DNA from: an uncultured Nitrososphaeraceae archaeon
GTDB taxonomy: Archaea > Thermoproteota > Nitrososphaeria > Nitrososphaerales > Nitrososphaeraceae
Length of the DNA: 64,000 nt
Direction: 5' to 3'
NCBI GenBank assembly: GCA_963765895.1
Contig: CAVXZB010000019.1
Coordinates: forward strand, 32,001-96,000
Part shown: one piece after another, positions 51,451-62,673 of the stretch
Numbering within the stretch: position 1 is the first letter of the stretch
How the letters are laid out: every line of letters starts with the position of its first letter
Notes under the pieces: model-generated
What the model was told of the DNA's origin: nothing
What the model saw: the letters and a program-made list of their open reading frames with translations, nothing else
Databases searched by the model: none
Program-made: the position numbers and the translations under genes

Positions 51451-52407
51451 GGCCATGTAGAAATCATCACAAAAATGACAATATTCGTTAGCCTGTGCAT
51501 GTTATAGGCTATGCATCTGAATGATAGTTCCCTGTTCTGTGTTTTTACTAGCCTTGAAGAAATATATTCTCCAAATAGTCGTTTTATGACAGACATTATG
51601 GTCTCATCCTTGTTTCGTTGATTGTACAATAGTTCGTTATATCCACGTTTCATCTGCTTTCTATATCTGCCATGTGTTCTCCATATCGGTACATGTTCAT
51701 ATCGAGCTGGAATAACACTGAATGCATGCAAGGTTTCTCTTACCAACTGATGATTATCTTCATTATCATATCCCTTATCAGCTGTAACTACGGATAGTGG
51801 AAGGGATATTTGACGTCCTTGTTATGATTGGCTTGAAATCTACATTATCATGTCTTGTAGGAGCTCGTCTTATCCTTATGTTGCAGATAATCTGTTGTAA
51901 TACATCGGCTCTAATAGATAATTTCGCATATTTTCTTCTTGCTTCTATTCGTTCATCATAATACTGTGAAGCATGAGTTATTTTAAATCCTGTTGAATCT
52001 ATTCCTACAAAGATATGCTTCGTACAGCTAATTACAATGAATGACGAAATTATCTTCTCAAGCAGTGAATTGCTAATTCTGTCTGTCTGTAAACTTTTGC
52101 AATGTTGTAAAATGAGGAATACGTGACAATCGTAGGTACGATCTAAGGTAATGTGCCTCGACTAACCACTCGACAAACATCCTATAACTCTTACCTTCGT
52201 ACTGTCTTATTGTAAGTAATACTAAATGCTGCCATATCATAAATGCATGATTGCTCTTTCTGTGAAGAAACAATGGTATCCTTGAATTTCTCAAGACACG
52301 GTACATAGTATTAGCCAGCCTAACATATCTTGATTCTTTCAACATCCATATTGGATCATACGTCTAGAAAGCTCTAACGGTATTCAGAACATGGTTTCTA
52401 CAGAGCC
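51451..52407 (-). mobile_element. IS5-family copy 4, near-identical inverted copy of copy 3
   Basis: same TIRs and same frameshifts as 40340..41296; flanks ACAAATAGT / ATAAATAGT. Confidence 0.93.
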
Positions 52408-53246
52408 ATAAATAGTATAGATGTAATTACACAAGAGATTCAGAGCTGGTATAAAAATTTTGTGCAAATGTATCTCCAATTCTGGAACATGGGTATGGTC
52501 GCTCCCAGCACATCACACGGTATCACGACTTAGAAAAATACCCGAACTCACAGTGCACCCATATGTAACTCAGAAAAGGACGCATCGAACACAGTATTTG
52601 AGTCTTTATTGCCTGAATTCAACTTCCTAATGTAATATGGTCGAGTTTTGTTGCATGGTCCTATTTTGTTATGAAAGGATCAGATCCTGCCGGCTGATAT
52701 CAGTATACCGAGAACTCCATTCTATTTTAATTAAGAGTTGCACTTCTCAATTTGTAGAATAACTAAGACGAATCGGCATGCATCAATCGTTCTTCGGTAA
52801 CTCTCACAACTGAGTAAAATCCACTGTGTCATCTTAAAGTAACTGATGCAATTTCGTAGACCTTCTATTAAATACTAGAATAAAGAATTCCTAAGCAGGT
52901 AAATCATATGTCCGAATCAAAATAGTTCTACTTCTAAGTGTATTGGCCGAAAAATATCAATTACTAGATATGTTAAATACGAATCTCAATCTTTTGATGT
53001 GAATGCTCTGATGTTGAAAACAAATTATTATAAGAAGAGACGAACAGGATTGATCCTCTATAAATCGATAATCCTCTAGTAGCCTACAAATTGACTGCCA
53101 AAGTTGACAGCTTATCTGATAAAAAATCCAACTTCAAGCCCAATGAACTAACAATTATTCACCTTGACTAAAAAGAGATCTATGGTTACAAATTCTAGAC
53201 TTGCATTCGCCGAATTCTATTTATACTTCGGTGCATACATCGAACT

Positions 53247-56200
53247 GTGTTTTTCAAAGGTCTATTTGGATCTAGAAATATGAAAAATTTAGTTATTGTT
53301 GCCGTGGCTGCCGTAGTTTTGTCGGCGATACTTCCGCTAAGCACTTATGGAATATCTTTCTCGAAGAGCAAGAAAGATTCAGGCGGAAGTTCAGGGTCGA
53401 CCGACTCCCCGGACAACGGTAAAGCTAATTCAAGAAATTCTGAACAGCTACCGTCAACTGAAAGCAGTCCTGGGACACCATTGCAAACGATAATTCCGCA
53501 ACCACCAACTGATAACAACGGACAACCACCAACTGATAACAACGGACAACCACCAACTGATAACAACGGACAACCACCAACTGATAACAACGGACAACCA
53601 CCAACTGATAACAACGGACAACCACCAACTGATAACAACGGACAACCACCAACTGATAACAATCCTGCCATCTCGTCACCAGGACAAACATCTCCTGAAA
53701 ACCTAACCGGACCAACGGAAAGTTCTACACAGCAGTCAAATCCACCTGAAAATGCTACAGGACCCCAACAACAATTTGGAGCGCCTCAGAATGCTACAGG
53801 ACCCCAACAACAATTTGGAGCGCCTCAGAATGCTACAGGACCCCAACAACAATTTGGAGCGCCTCAGAATGCTACAGGACCCCAACAACAATTTGGAGCG
53901 CCTCAGAATGCTACAGGACCCCAACAACAATTTGGAGCGCCTCAGAATGCTACAGGACCCCAACAACAATTTGGAGCGCCTCAGAATGCTACAGGACCCC
54001 AACAACAATTTGGAGCGCCTCAGAATGCTACAGGACCCCAACAACAATTTGGAGCGCCTCAGAATGCTACAGGACCCCAACAACAATTTGGAGCGCCTCA
54101 GAATGCTACAGGACCCCAACAACAATTTGGAGCGCCTCAGAATGCTACAGGACCCCAACAACAATTTGGAGCGCCTCAGAATGCTACAGGACCCCAACAA
54201 CAATTTGGAGCGCCTCAGAATGCTACAGGACCCCAACAACAATTTGGAGCGCCTCAGAATGCTACAGGACCCCAACAACAATTTGGAGCGCCTCAGAATG
54301 CTACAGGTGGTCAAGCGTCAAAAAATGCACAAGGACCTACTCTTGCGCCGACAGGGCAAACTCTAGCTCCTGAAAATCTATCAACCGAGAAGTTCCAATC
54401 GATCTTACAGAGTTCCTTACCATCTCAGGGATTAGAGCCTACGCAACTATCCAAGGCAGCCTTAGGCAGCCGAACAAGCCACTACCGGTGGGCAACTGCC
54501 AGCCAATGCAGGTGCGTCGGGAGGAGCCTCTCTCGTAAGTTCAGGAGCAACTCAAAATGCAGCGCAGCTGCTGCAGCTGCAACTGCCGCAGCAGCCGCTG
54601 GCGCATCACCAGCAGCACGCGCAGCCGCAGCTTCAGCGGCCTCTAGTGCAGCTGGAAAAGGCGCAGCTGGCAGCAGCTGCAGCAGCCGCATCTGCAGCAA
54701 CAGCCGCTGGTGCATCACCAGCAGCAGCCGCAGCGCGCAGCAGCTGCAGCAGCAGGTGGCGCAACTTCAGCAGCAGCTGGAGCAGCAGCGTCATCAGCTG
54801 GTGCATCATCTGCAGCAGCCGCAGCGCAGCTTCAGCCGCATCGCAGGTGCAGCAGCAAGTGGAGCATCAGCGGCTGGTACTGCCGCAGCCGCAGCCGCAG
54901 CCGCTGTATCCGCAGGTGCCTCACCTGGTGGGGCAGCCGCAGCAGCCGGCAGCAGCAGCAGCGTCATCAGCTGGTGCATCACCTGCAGCAGCCGCAGCAG
55001 CAGCTTCAGCCCGCCGCAGGTGCAGCAGCAAGTGGAGCATCAGCATCTAGCGCTGCTTCAGCAGCCGCATCTGCAGCAACAGCCGCTGGTGCATCACCAG
55101 CAGCCGCAGCAGCCGGAGCAGCTGGAGGCAGCAGGTGGCGCAACTTCAGCAGCAGCTGCAGGCAGCAGCGTCATCAGCAGGAGCATCATCAGCAGCAGCC
55201 GCAGCAGCAGCTTCAGCCAGCCGCAGGTGCAGGCAGCAAGTGGAGCATCAGCAGCTGGTACTGCCGCAGCCGCAGCTGCAGCCGCTGTATCCGCAGGTGC
55301 CTCACCTGGTGGGGCAGCCGGCAGCAGCCGCAGGCAGCAGCAGCGTCATCAGCTGGTGCATCACCTGCAGCAGCCGCAGCAGCAGCTTCAGCCGCCGCAG
55401 GTGCAGCAGCAAGTGGAGCATCAGCATCTAGCGCTGCTTCAGCAGCCGCATCTGCAGCAACAGCCGCTGGTGCATCACCAGCAGCCGGCAGCAGCCGGCA
55501 GCAGCTGCAGGAGCAGGTGGCGCAACTTCAGCAGCAGCTGGCAGCAGGCAGCGTCATCAGCAGGAGCATCATCAGCGAGCAGCCGCAGCCGCAGCTTCAG
55601 CCAGCTCGCAGGTGCGAGCAGCAAGTGGAGCATCAGCGGCTGGTACTGCCGCAGCCGCATCGGCCGCGAGCAGCGGCTGCAGGTGCCTCACCTGGTGGGG
55701 CAGGCAGCAGCAGGCAGCAGCCAGCAGCCGCTACAGCAGCTGGTGCATCACCAGCAGCAGCCGCGAGGCAGCGAGCTTCTGCCGCCGCAGGTGCAGCAGC
55801 AAGTGGAGCATCAGCGTCTAGCGCTGCTTCAGCAGCCGCATCTGCAGCAACAGCCGCTGGTGCATCACCAGCAGCCGCAGCAGCCGGCAGCAGCTGCAGC
55901 AGCAGGTGGCGCAACTTCAGCAGCAGCTGGAGGCAGGCAGCGTCATCAGCAGGAGCATCATCAGCAGCAGCCGCAGCAGGCAGCTTCAGCCAGCCGCAGG
56001 TGGCAGCAGCAAGTGGAGCATCAGCAGCTGGTACTGCCGCAGCCGCATCGGCCGGAGCAGCGGCTGCAGGTGCCTCACCTGGTGGGGCAGCAGGAGGACG
56101 GCAGCAGCAGCCGCCGCTACAGTAGCTGGTGCATCACCAGCAGCAGCCGCAGCAGGCAGCTTCAGCCGCCGCAGGTGCAGCAGCAAGTGGAGCATCAGCA

Positions 56201-57240
56201 TCTAGCGCTGCTTCAGCAGCCGCATCTGCAGCAACAGCCGCTGGTGCATCTTCCGCAGCTGCATCCGCAATATCCTCCTCGATTTCATCGTCTGCAGGCA
56301 GCAGCATCAGCAGCATCATCGCTTCTAAAATCTCCAGTCTCATCTGCAGCAGCCGCAGCCGCTGCAGCTTCCTTTGCAGCTCAAAATGCCGGAGCTTCAT
56401 CTGCAGCAGCCGCAGCCGCAGCCTCAGCAGCATCTAGTGGCAGGAGCAAGCGGAGCATCAGTAGCTGGTCACTGCCGCTGCAGCAGCAGCCGCAGCGCAG
56501 CCGCAGGTGCCTCATCCGGTGGGGCAGTAGCCGCAGCGCAGCAGCCGCCGCTACAGCAGCTGGTGCATCATCAGTAGCCTCCGTGGCCGCAGCCTCAGCA
56601 GCATCTTCAGCCGCAGCAAGTGGAGCATCATCAGCCGGAATTGCGTCTGCAGCTGCAGCAGCCGCTTCAGCAGCTGGTGCATCACCAGCAGCCGCAGCAG
56701 CCGCAGCAGCATCAGCGGCAGGAGGCGGAGCAGCAGCCGGAGCAGCCGGCAGCAGCATCCGGTGCTGGTGGTAGCGCCTCAACAGCGTTGGCCGCAGCAG
56801 CCGCAGCCTCCTCAGCAGTGGCTGCCGGATCTTCTGTTGGTGGAGTAGCAGCCGCAGCAGCCGCAGCAGCATCCGGTGCTGGTGGATCAGCCAGCGTGGC
56901 AACAGCCGCAGCCGCAGCTGCCGCCGCTACAGCGAGCTGGTGCATCACCTGCAGCAGCATCAAGTGCAGCAGCAGCGGCATCAAATGCCGCGGCTAGCGG
57001 ATCCTCAGTTGTGGGTTCGTCTGGTGTGGCGTGCCGGCAGCAGGCAGGCAGCAGCCGCTACAGCAGCTGGTGCATCACCTGCAGCAGCATCAGCAGCCGC
57101 TTCAGCAGGCAGCATCAACAGCAGGGAGCGGAGCCTCATGTTCTAACGTGGCAGCAGCTACTTCGGCAGCTGCTTCGTCAGCAGGAGCACCACCAGCAGC
57201 AGCCGGCAGCAGCCGCAGCAGCAGTAGGATGTCGTAAATG
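53247..57240 (+). CDS. large secreted repeat protein with Ala/Ser/Gly-rich modular domain (many apparent frameshifts)
   Basis: signal peptide (MKNLVIVAVAAVVLSAILPL), QPPTDNNG x~7, NATGPQQQFGAPQ x14, then GCN-rich DNA whose Ala-rich reading passes between frames to ~57240. Confidence 0.8.
53499..53662 (+). repeat. 24-bp in-frame tandem repeat, 6 full copies plus one partial
   Basis: CAACCACCAACTGATAACAACGGA. Confidence 0.95.
53751..54306 (+). repeat. 39-bp in-frame tandem repeat, 14 perfect copies
   Basis: AATGCTACAGGACCCCAACAACAATTTGGAGCGCCTCAG. Confidence 0.95.
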
Positions 57241-57257
57241 AGACACTGAATCAATCC

Positions 57258-57298
57258 AAAATAGACTGGCGCCAAACCCGTTTGGCGTTTCTATTTTT
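57258..57298 (+). terminator. hairpin plus T-rich tract after the repeat-protein gene
   Basis: AAAATAGA..CGCCAAAC-CC-GTTTGGCG..TCTATTTT. Confidence 0.55.
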
Positions 57299-57860
57299 AT
57301 TGAAATTAGTAAATATGAGAAGGTTTTTTTAATGGCTACTTTAGACCTGGCTTACCTGAATCCATTACAACAACGCAAGCTTTTCAGATACTCTCTTCAT
57401 TATTTTACCAAAATAAATCCCAGATATGCCGTATCAACTGATGCACCACGAGAATATTCTCAAATCTATTAATCCCAGTTTGGGTTCAAGGAATACCTGA
57501 ACCCTTAAGTCTTATTGCTTCCTGCAGACAGAGTAAAGGATTGATAGAGGTATAAGCAGGAACACTGTCATATCGACAATATACAAAGGAATGTATATAC
57601 ATCTTATAGACTCATGAACAACTAGATAATAATACTTGTAATCTGGTGACTGTTTTACAGGAGTGATTCCTTAGGTTTAACCGGTCAATATGTATAAAGA
57701 TTGATTGGATAAATAATAGAAAAGTTGCGAGATTCCATAAGCCCTAAGACATCAAGGAGACTCTATTTTTCGCTTTTTGATCTCATTTTTGATTTGGATT
57801 ATTCTTCAGGGCCCCGTCAATTTTTTCCAAGAACTTATATTTTGGATATAAAATGTAGAT

Positions 57861-58535
57861 TTGATGGTAAAGGGAGGTAAAAGGGGAGGCAGAGTTAGAG
57901 ATAAATGGCGGGATAAACAATGGGTAACAGTTAATTCGCCTTCTGCTTTTGGTGGCAGTGCACTAAATTACGTTCCAATAACTGACCAGAGTAGTGCTAA
58001 GGGTCGAGTACTGGAAAATACCATGTTTGACATCTTAAAACAAGATCCGACACAACATCAAACAAAAGTATTCGTTCAAATTGAGAACATCGCCGAAGGT
58101 ACTGCCACTACTGTTTTCAAAGGACATGAATATGCAAAAGAGTTCTTGAGGAGTTTAATAAGAAGAGGCAGCTCGATGATAACTTTTATACACGATTATA
58201 AAACTGCTGATGGATATATTTTTAGGGTTGAGGTGTTAGCCTTTAGCCAGAGGAGATTAAACTCGTCCAAGAAACATCAAATTCGTTTGGTATCGCATAA
58301 TCAATTGACTTCTACTATTCCAAAATTAACAGTCGACCAGTTTGTTCAGGAAGTAACTATCGGAAAAATGGGTGCTGATCTACTTGCCGAGGCTAAAAAA
58401 ATCGCATCGCTTCGTCATATCGGAATTAAGAAGACAAAGTTGATATCTACACCCAAATCAAGAGAGGTCGAAGAGGCTAAGCAAATCGAAGTAACGACAG
58501 AGGAAAATGAACAAACTGCTGATGCAGCGGCATAA
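57861..58535 (+). CDS. rps3ae: 30S ribosomal protein S3Ae (eS1)
   Basis: RDKWRDKQW, GRVLE, FKGHEYAKEFLRSLIRRGSS. Confidence 0.95.
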   Translation: MMVKGGKRGGRVRDKWRDKQWVTVNSPSAFGGSALNYVPITDQSSAKGRVLENTMFDILKQDPTQHQTKVFVQIENIAEGTATTVFKGHEYAKEFLRSLIRRGSSMITFIHDYKTADGYIFRVEVLAFSQRRLNSSKKHQIRLVSHNQLTSTIPKLTVDQFVQEVTIGKMGADLLAEAKKIASLRHIGIKKTKLISTPKSREVEEAKQIEVTTEENEQTADAAA

Positions 58536-58567
58536 CAAGTCAAGTTCACCAAGTACAGGACGATCTA

Positions 58568-59026
58568 ATGTCCGACAAACTTGAAGCCGGTGAAGATCAT
58601 TTTTCAGGAGCTGATATTAGCTGCGTCTTACATGCTACCGAAGACGAGAACAATGTGCTAAAGGCCGCTTCAGAGATATTTTCTATATCTAGGAATAGAT
58701 TTTTTTTTAAAAGATTAGAAGGCCATTGGGGAAATCCCATAATATACCTGATGGCATTTTTGGACAGTAAAGAAGCATGGAAAACCGCATTAAAAATTAT
58801 GTTTTCACTAAACCCCCTTGATAGAAATCAGTTAAAAGAATCGCTCAATGATCTAGTGGATGAAAAAGGTAACATGTACATTAGACTCGATAAACAGGGA
58901 ATGTGTAGAGGTAGAATAAGTCTTAGCGAATTTGACTCAGTGAGAATAAAGTTTAGACCGGTAAAGACCTTTAAGAAAATAAGGAACGTGCCTAACTACA
59001 AGGTGTTACTGTCATTAGACGAATAG
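58568..59026 (+). CDS. DUF54-type RNA-binding protein
   Basis: HATED..V, EGHWGNPI, YIRLDKQ; conserved position before Rpp30/Pop5. Confidence 0.85.
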   Translation: MSDKLEAGEDHFSGADISCVLHATEDENNVLKAASEIFSISRNRFFFKRLEGHWGNPIIYLMAFLDSKEAWKTALKIMFSLNPLDRNQLKESLNDLVDEKGNMYIRLDKQGMCRGRISLSEFDSVRIKFRPVKTFKKIRNVPNYKVLLSLDE

Positions 59027-59565
59027 ATTTAAATGTTCGATTTTCGGATGCTACGGAATCAAATGAGATTCCACATTCGCTAGGCATAGATGTTTTCGGT
59101 ACAGACGATTACCTTATGAATGTTAAGGAAAGTCTAATATACAGATGTAATAAATCATCAAACCCTAAGATTCCTTTTCTTATCACTAGCGAAAGTATCG
59201 GCGATCTATCCTCGATGGTAAATATTGATATCATTTCATTAAGAGATATCAATCTTAATTTCGAGAATAGAAGGAATCTTCTTCGTGGCATCGGACTAGA
59301 GATAACTATATCAAATTTGCGACTGACCGATGGTAAGCAGCTCGGCAAATGGGTTGCTGATATTTCATCGTTCTACGCATATTGTAAACATGCCAGATTC
59401 CAGTTTATATTATCAAGCGGTGCAACTTCGATATGCGAATTGGTTTCTGGCCGCTGTTTCGATTCACTACTAAAAACATGTGGAATTGATCCGGTATGTT
59501 ACTGGAATGACCTTAACGGCTGGTTACAAACTAGATTGATAAGGAGGCATACCTATTTTGCTTAA
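59014..59565 (+). CDS. rnp3: RNase P protein Rpp30
   Basis: IGLEI, FILSSGA motifs and synteny; frame open to ATT 59014 (RRIDLNV). Confidence 0.75.
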   Translation: MRRIDLNVRFSDATESNEIPHSLGIDVFGTDDYLMNVKESLIYRCNKSSNPKIPFLITSESIGDLSSMVNIDIISLRDINLNFENRRNLLRGIGLEITISNLRLTDGKQLGKWVADISSFYAYCKHARFQFILSSGATSICELVSGRCFDSLLKTCGIDPVCYWNDLNGWLQTRLIRRHTYFA

Positions 59566-59932
59566 GAGAAGGAGCAAGAGAAGATACATAGCAGTGAGAT
59601 GCGACAAATTTGTAAAAGCTGATAATGGAAATGGAATTTACAATTCAGGCTTTGCTTTATCACTAACTCGTAGGGTCGCCGAACTTTATGGATTTATTGT
59701 GGCACAGAAGTCTTCGATAAGGGATATCGGTAACAATGGCAATACAATATTTGTAATTAGATGTAATCTGAACTTTTTACCTATTGTACTATCAGCGATC
59801 CCACTCCTGAACCCCCCTGCGTTGGTATTGCTCATCTCAGGCACCGTCAAGCGCCTAAGGATGAACCTTAAGAAACCTTCTTTTCAAATTTTAAAAGAGG
59901 AGAATAAGTGCCGAATCGAAAAGCCGATTTAG
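59558..59932 (+). CDS. rnp2: RNase P protein Pop5
   Basis: KRRYIAV, ELYG, VIRC, ISGTVKRL. Confidence 0.85.
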   Translation: MLKRRSKRRYIAVRCDKFVKADNGNGIYNSGFALSLTRRVAELYGFIVAQKSSIRDIGNNGNTIFVIRCNLNFLPIVLSAIPLLNPPALVLLISGTVKRLRMNLKKPSFQILKEENKCRIEKPI

Positions 59933-60148
59933 CGAATTTAATTTTCTCCAAAAAGTGGCCCTTTTGGTGTTAAATGCTAATTAGAAAAATTAACTAAATT
60001 AGTTTTAAAAATGTATTAATGATTCAAATCTAAACCCAGGTAAGTTTTTAGTAGAAGCATTGTTCCTCCAAAGAAGACCAAGTGAAAATTTATTGTATCT
60101 TGCACACTACCTTACTAACATGTTGTAAGAGCTCATTATAAGAAGATA

Positions 60149-60320
60149 TCCCGCGGGCAGGATTTGCCCCAAAGCAACACTTTTTTAACTTTGTTTGAGC
60201 CTGCGACTCTTCGGTAACTGCACAGTGTACGCCCGATAGGCTGTTTACGCGGTCAGCTTCAAGTCCACTAAAAAGCCAACTTCTACAGCCGAAAGCTCTA
60301 CCAGGCTGAGCTACCGCGGG
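60149..60320 (-). tRNA. trnY: tRNA-Tyr(GTA) with two introns
   Basis: CCCGCGG acceptor stem, D-arm GCTCAGCCTGGTAGAGC, anticodon at 60284-60286; 67-nt intron 60216-60282 (37/38) and 31-nt BHB intron 60164-60194 (58/59). Confidence 0.9.
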
Positions 60321-60616
60321 ATATTTTCGTAATCTAAATGAATGGTATATAATTGTGACTCGTTCGAGACAAGCCCCTAATATATATTGGGGCTACGATA
60401 GACAATAGATAAATTATATAGTCATGATTATATCGAAGCGATTGAGTAAAGGTCGCAAATCATTATGGCATACTCACTTTAGATGAAATAAAAAATTGCG
60501 TTTATATGTTTAGTTAACTTGGGGCATCACGATGTAGGTATCTTGCGTTGTGCTACCTTAAGGAAAGGGACTAAGAATGACCCCGTAGATTAGATTGCTT
60601 ACCAGAAGTTTTCATC

Positions 60617-61597
60617 TTAAAATAGGTATCTTGCAATATCTAGTGAGGCATATGTGATTATCTTGTCTGCACCCGCTCTCTTAGCTGAGGCAATAGATTG
60701 AACCATCCATTCTAGCTTGTCGATCCACTTGCGCTCTGCTGCCTGCCTTTATCATCGCGAATTCTCCAGAGACTAATTGTAAAGCGATGGGGAAGTCCCC
60801 AATATTATCCCTGACCATTGGAAGTAAATCCAAATATGTAAGGGTGGGCTTTATCATAACTATATTGGCTCCCTCGTCAATATCGGCGACGATTTCCCTT
60901 AGTGCTTCACGCTGATTACAGTAAGAGAGCTGATAGCCTCGATTTATCGATGTAAGGCTTTCCTCGAAGTGAGCTGAGTGAATGCCAACGCTCGAAAAGG
61001 TGCGTATAAATTTGAAGAGTGCTTTGCAGAAAACGGCATTATCTTGACATCCTTAAAACCGTGTTCATTAAGCGACCTGCGTATACGATATACTTGACCA
61101 TCCATCATGGAAGAGGGTGACACTATATCAGCGCCAGACTCAGCATGACTAACCGCTATTTTGGACAATAAATGCAGTGTTGCCTCATTCTCAACGTACT
61201 TCATATTATAATTTGTGACTCCACAATGACCACTTTCATTATACTGACAGATACAGACATCAGTAATTATCAGTACTTTGTTCCCAAATTCGTCGCGAAT
61301 TCTTCTCGCCGATCGTTGAACAATTCCTTGGCTATTTGATGCCCCAGTTCCTTTCGAATCGCGAGTGTTTGGAACTCCAAACAATATGAATGAACGTATC
61401 CCTACTTCGAGACAGTTATAAACAAGTCTAAATAGGTCATTCTCACAATTCGGCACTGCAGCAGGTATCATTTCATTTTGGTTTATTTTTTTTCTTTCAT
61501 AAATAATAAGAGGCATTATAAGCTGCTCCCTTCTGAGGCCAGCCTCAGTAAGGATAGTTTCCAGTTGTCTATTCGGTTGGATCCTACTTATTCTCAC
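60617..61597 (-). CDS. hemB: delta-aminolevulinic acid dehydratase (frameshift ~60950)
   Basis: DVCICQY..SGHCG, GADIVSPSSMMDG, YAPFR; downstream frame GANIVMIKP...ADKIITY. Confidence 0.92.
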
Positions 61598-61680
61598 TTC
61601 TCTGAAACCTTTTCATCATGACAATATCAACATTCAGCTTTTAACCCTTAAAAATAGGCTTATGTCTGTACTAGTATGTT

Positions 61681-62610
61681 ATGGATGGAATAACTATAGG
61701 GATTCCCTCGTACAACGAAGAAGGGAATATAACTAATCTATTGAAATCCATTATTTCATCCAATATTAACGGGATATTAGTCAAAGAGGTGATAATCTCG
61801 GATGACTCTACAGATTCTACTCCGCAACTGGTTGAGGACTTCATTAAACAAAATCGACTGCAAAATATCACCGTTTATCATCATGGAATCAGAAGAGGAA
61901 CTGCTGCCTGCCTGGAGCGAGATATTTAACAAAGCATCCGGAATAATAATAATCCTATTTGATGCTGATGTTATTATCGATAGGAACTGCATTTCAGAAT
62001 TAGCAGGATCTCTTGCCAAAAATGAACTAGTAGGGCTATGCGCAACCAACCAGATCCCTATTGACGCAAGAGGTATTAGCGGCAAAGCATGTTCATTTAT
62101 CATGGAATGGCTTCGCTCGCTGAGGCAGAAGGAGCTTTCAAAGTACACGGTTATGGGGCGAGCACTGGGTATACGGACGGATGTTGCAAAAACTCTTCAA
62201 ATTCCTGAAGAAGTTATCGCAGTGGATCTTTATCTCCAGTACTCAGTTATGAAGATGCAACTGAATGTCATCTATAATGATAAGGCCAAAGTGTACTTTA
62301 AACCGCCGACAAATCTGTTAGAATTTTCATCTCAGGTGATTAGGGCTCGAAATGGACATAAACAGGTGACTAATCTACCAGTTGAACTCAATTTGGAACC
62401 ATCATGGAGATCACTATTCGGAAGTATACTGAGTTCTATAAGATCCAAGCCGGTGTGCGCAGCTGCGCAGCCACATCTTTATTAAGCGTACCGTATTTTT
62501 CCAGAAAACTAGAAGACACCAATGATGCGAAATGGGATACGTCTAAATCTACCAAGTCTATAGATTACGATGAATTTATTTCGAAACAGAACATGGAGAA
62601 TAATACTTGA
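61681..62610 (+). CDS. glycosyltransferase family 2 (frameshifted)
   Basis: IGIPSYNEEGNI, DDSTDST, LFDAD; three overlapping ORF pieces. Confidence 0.85.
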
Positions 62611-62673
62611 TATATATTCTCGTTCATTGCCTAGTTAGGTATTAATATATCTGCAAGTAGTATCAGGTGTAGT

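Noticed and set aside
40340-52407. composite transposon inserted as one unit
   Set aside because: Each IS has its own near-perfect TSD and the outer flanks are not a direct duplication, favouring independent insertions.
53499-54306. possible CRISPR array
   Set aside because: Units are head-to-tail with no spacers, are multiples of 3 inside a CDS, and no cas genes are present.
54480-57241. poly-Gln/His and Ser/Arg/Cys proteins and many overlapping ORFs
   Set aside because: These are alternate frames and antisense readings of GCA/GCC repeats; the Ala-rich frame is the one with a consistent modular pattern.
60617-62610. programmed frameshifting or true pseudogenisation of hemB, GT2 and others
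   Set aside because: Single-base indels affect many unrelated genes including housekeeping ones, which points to sequencing error.
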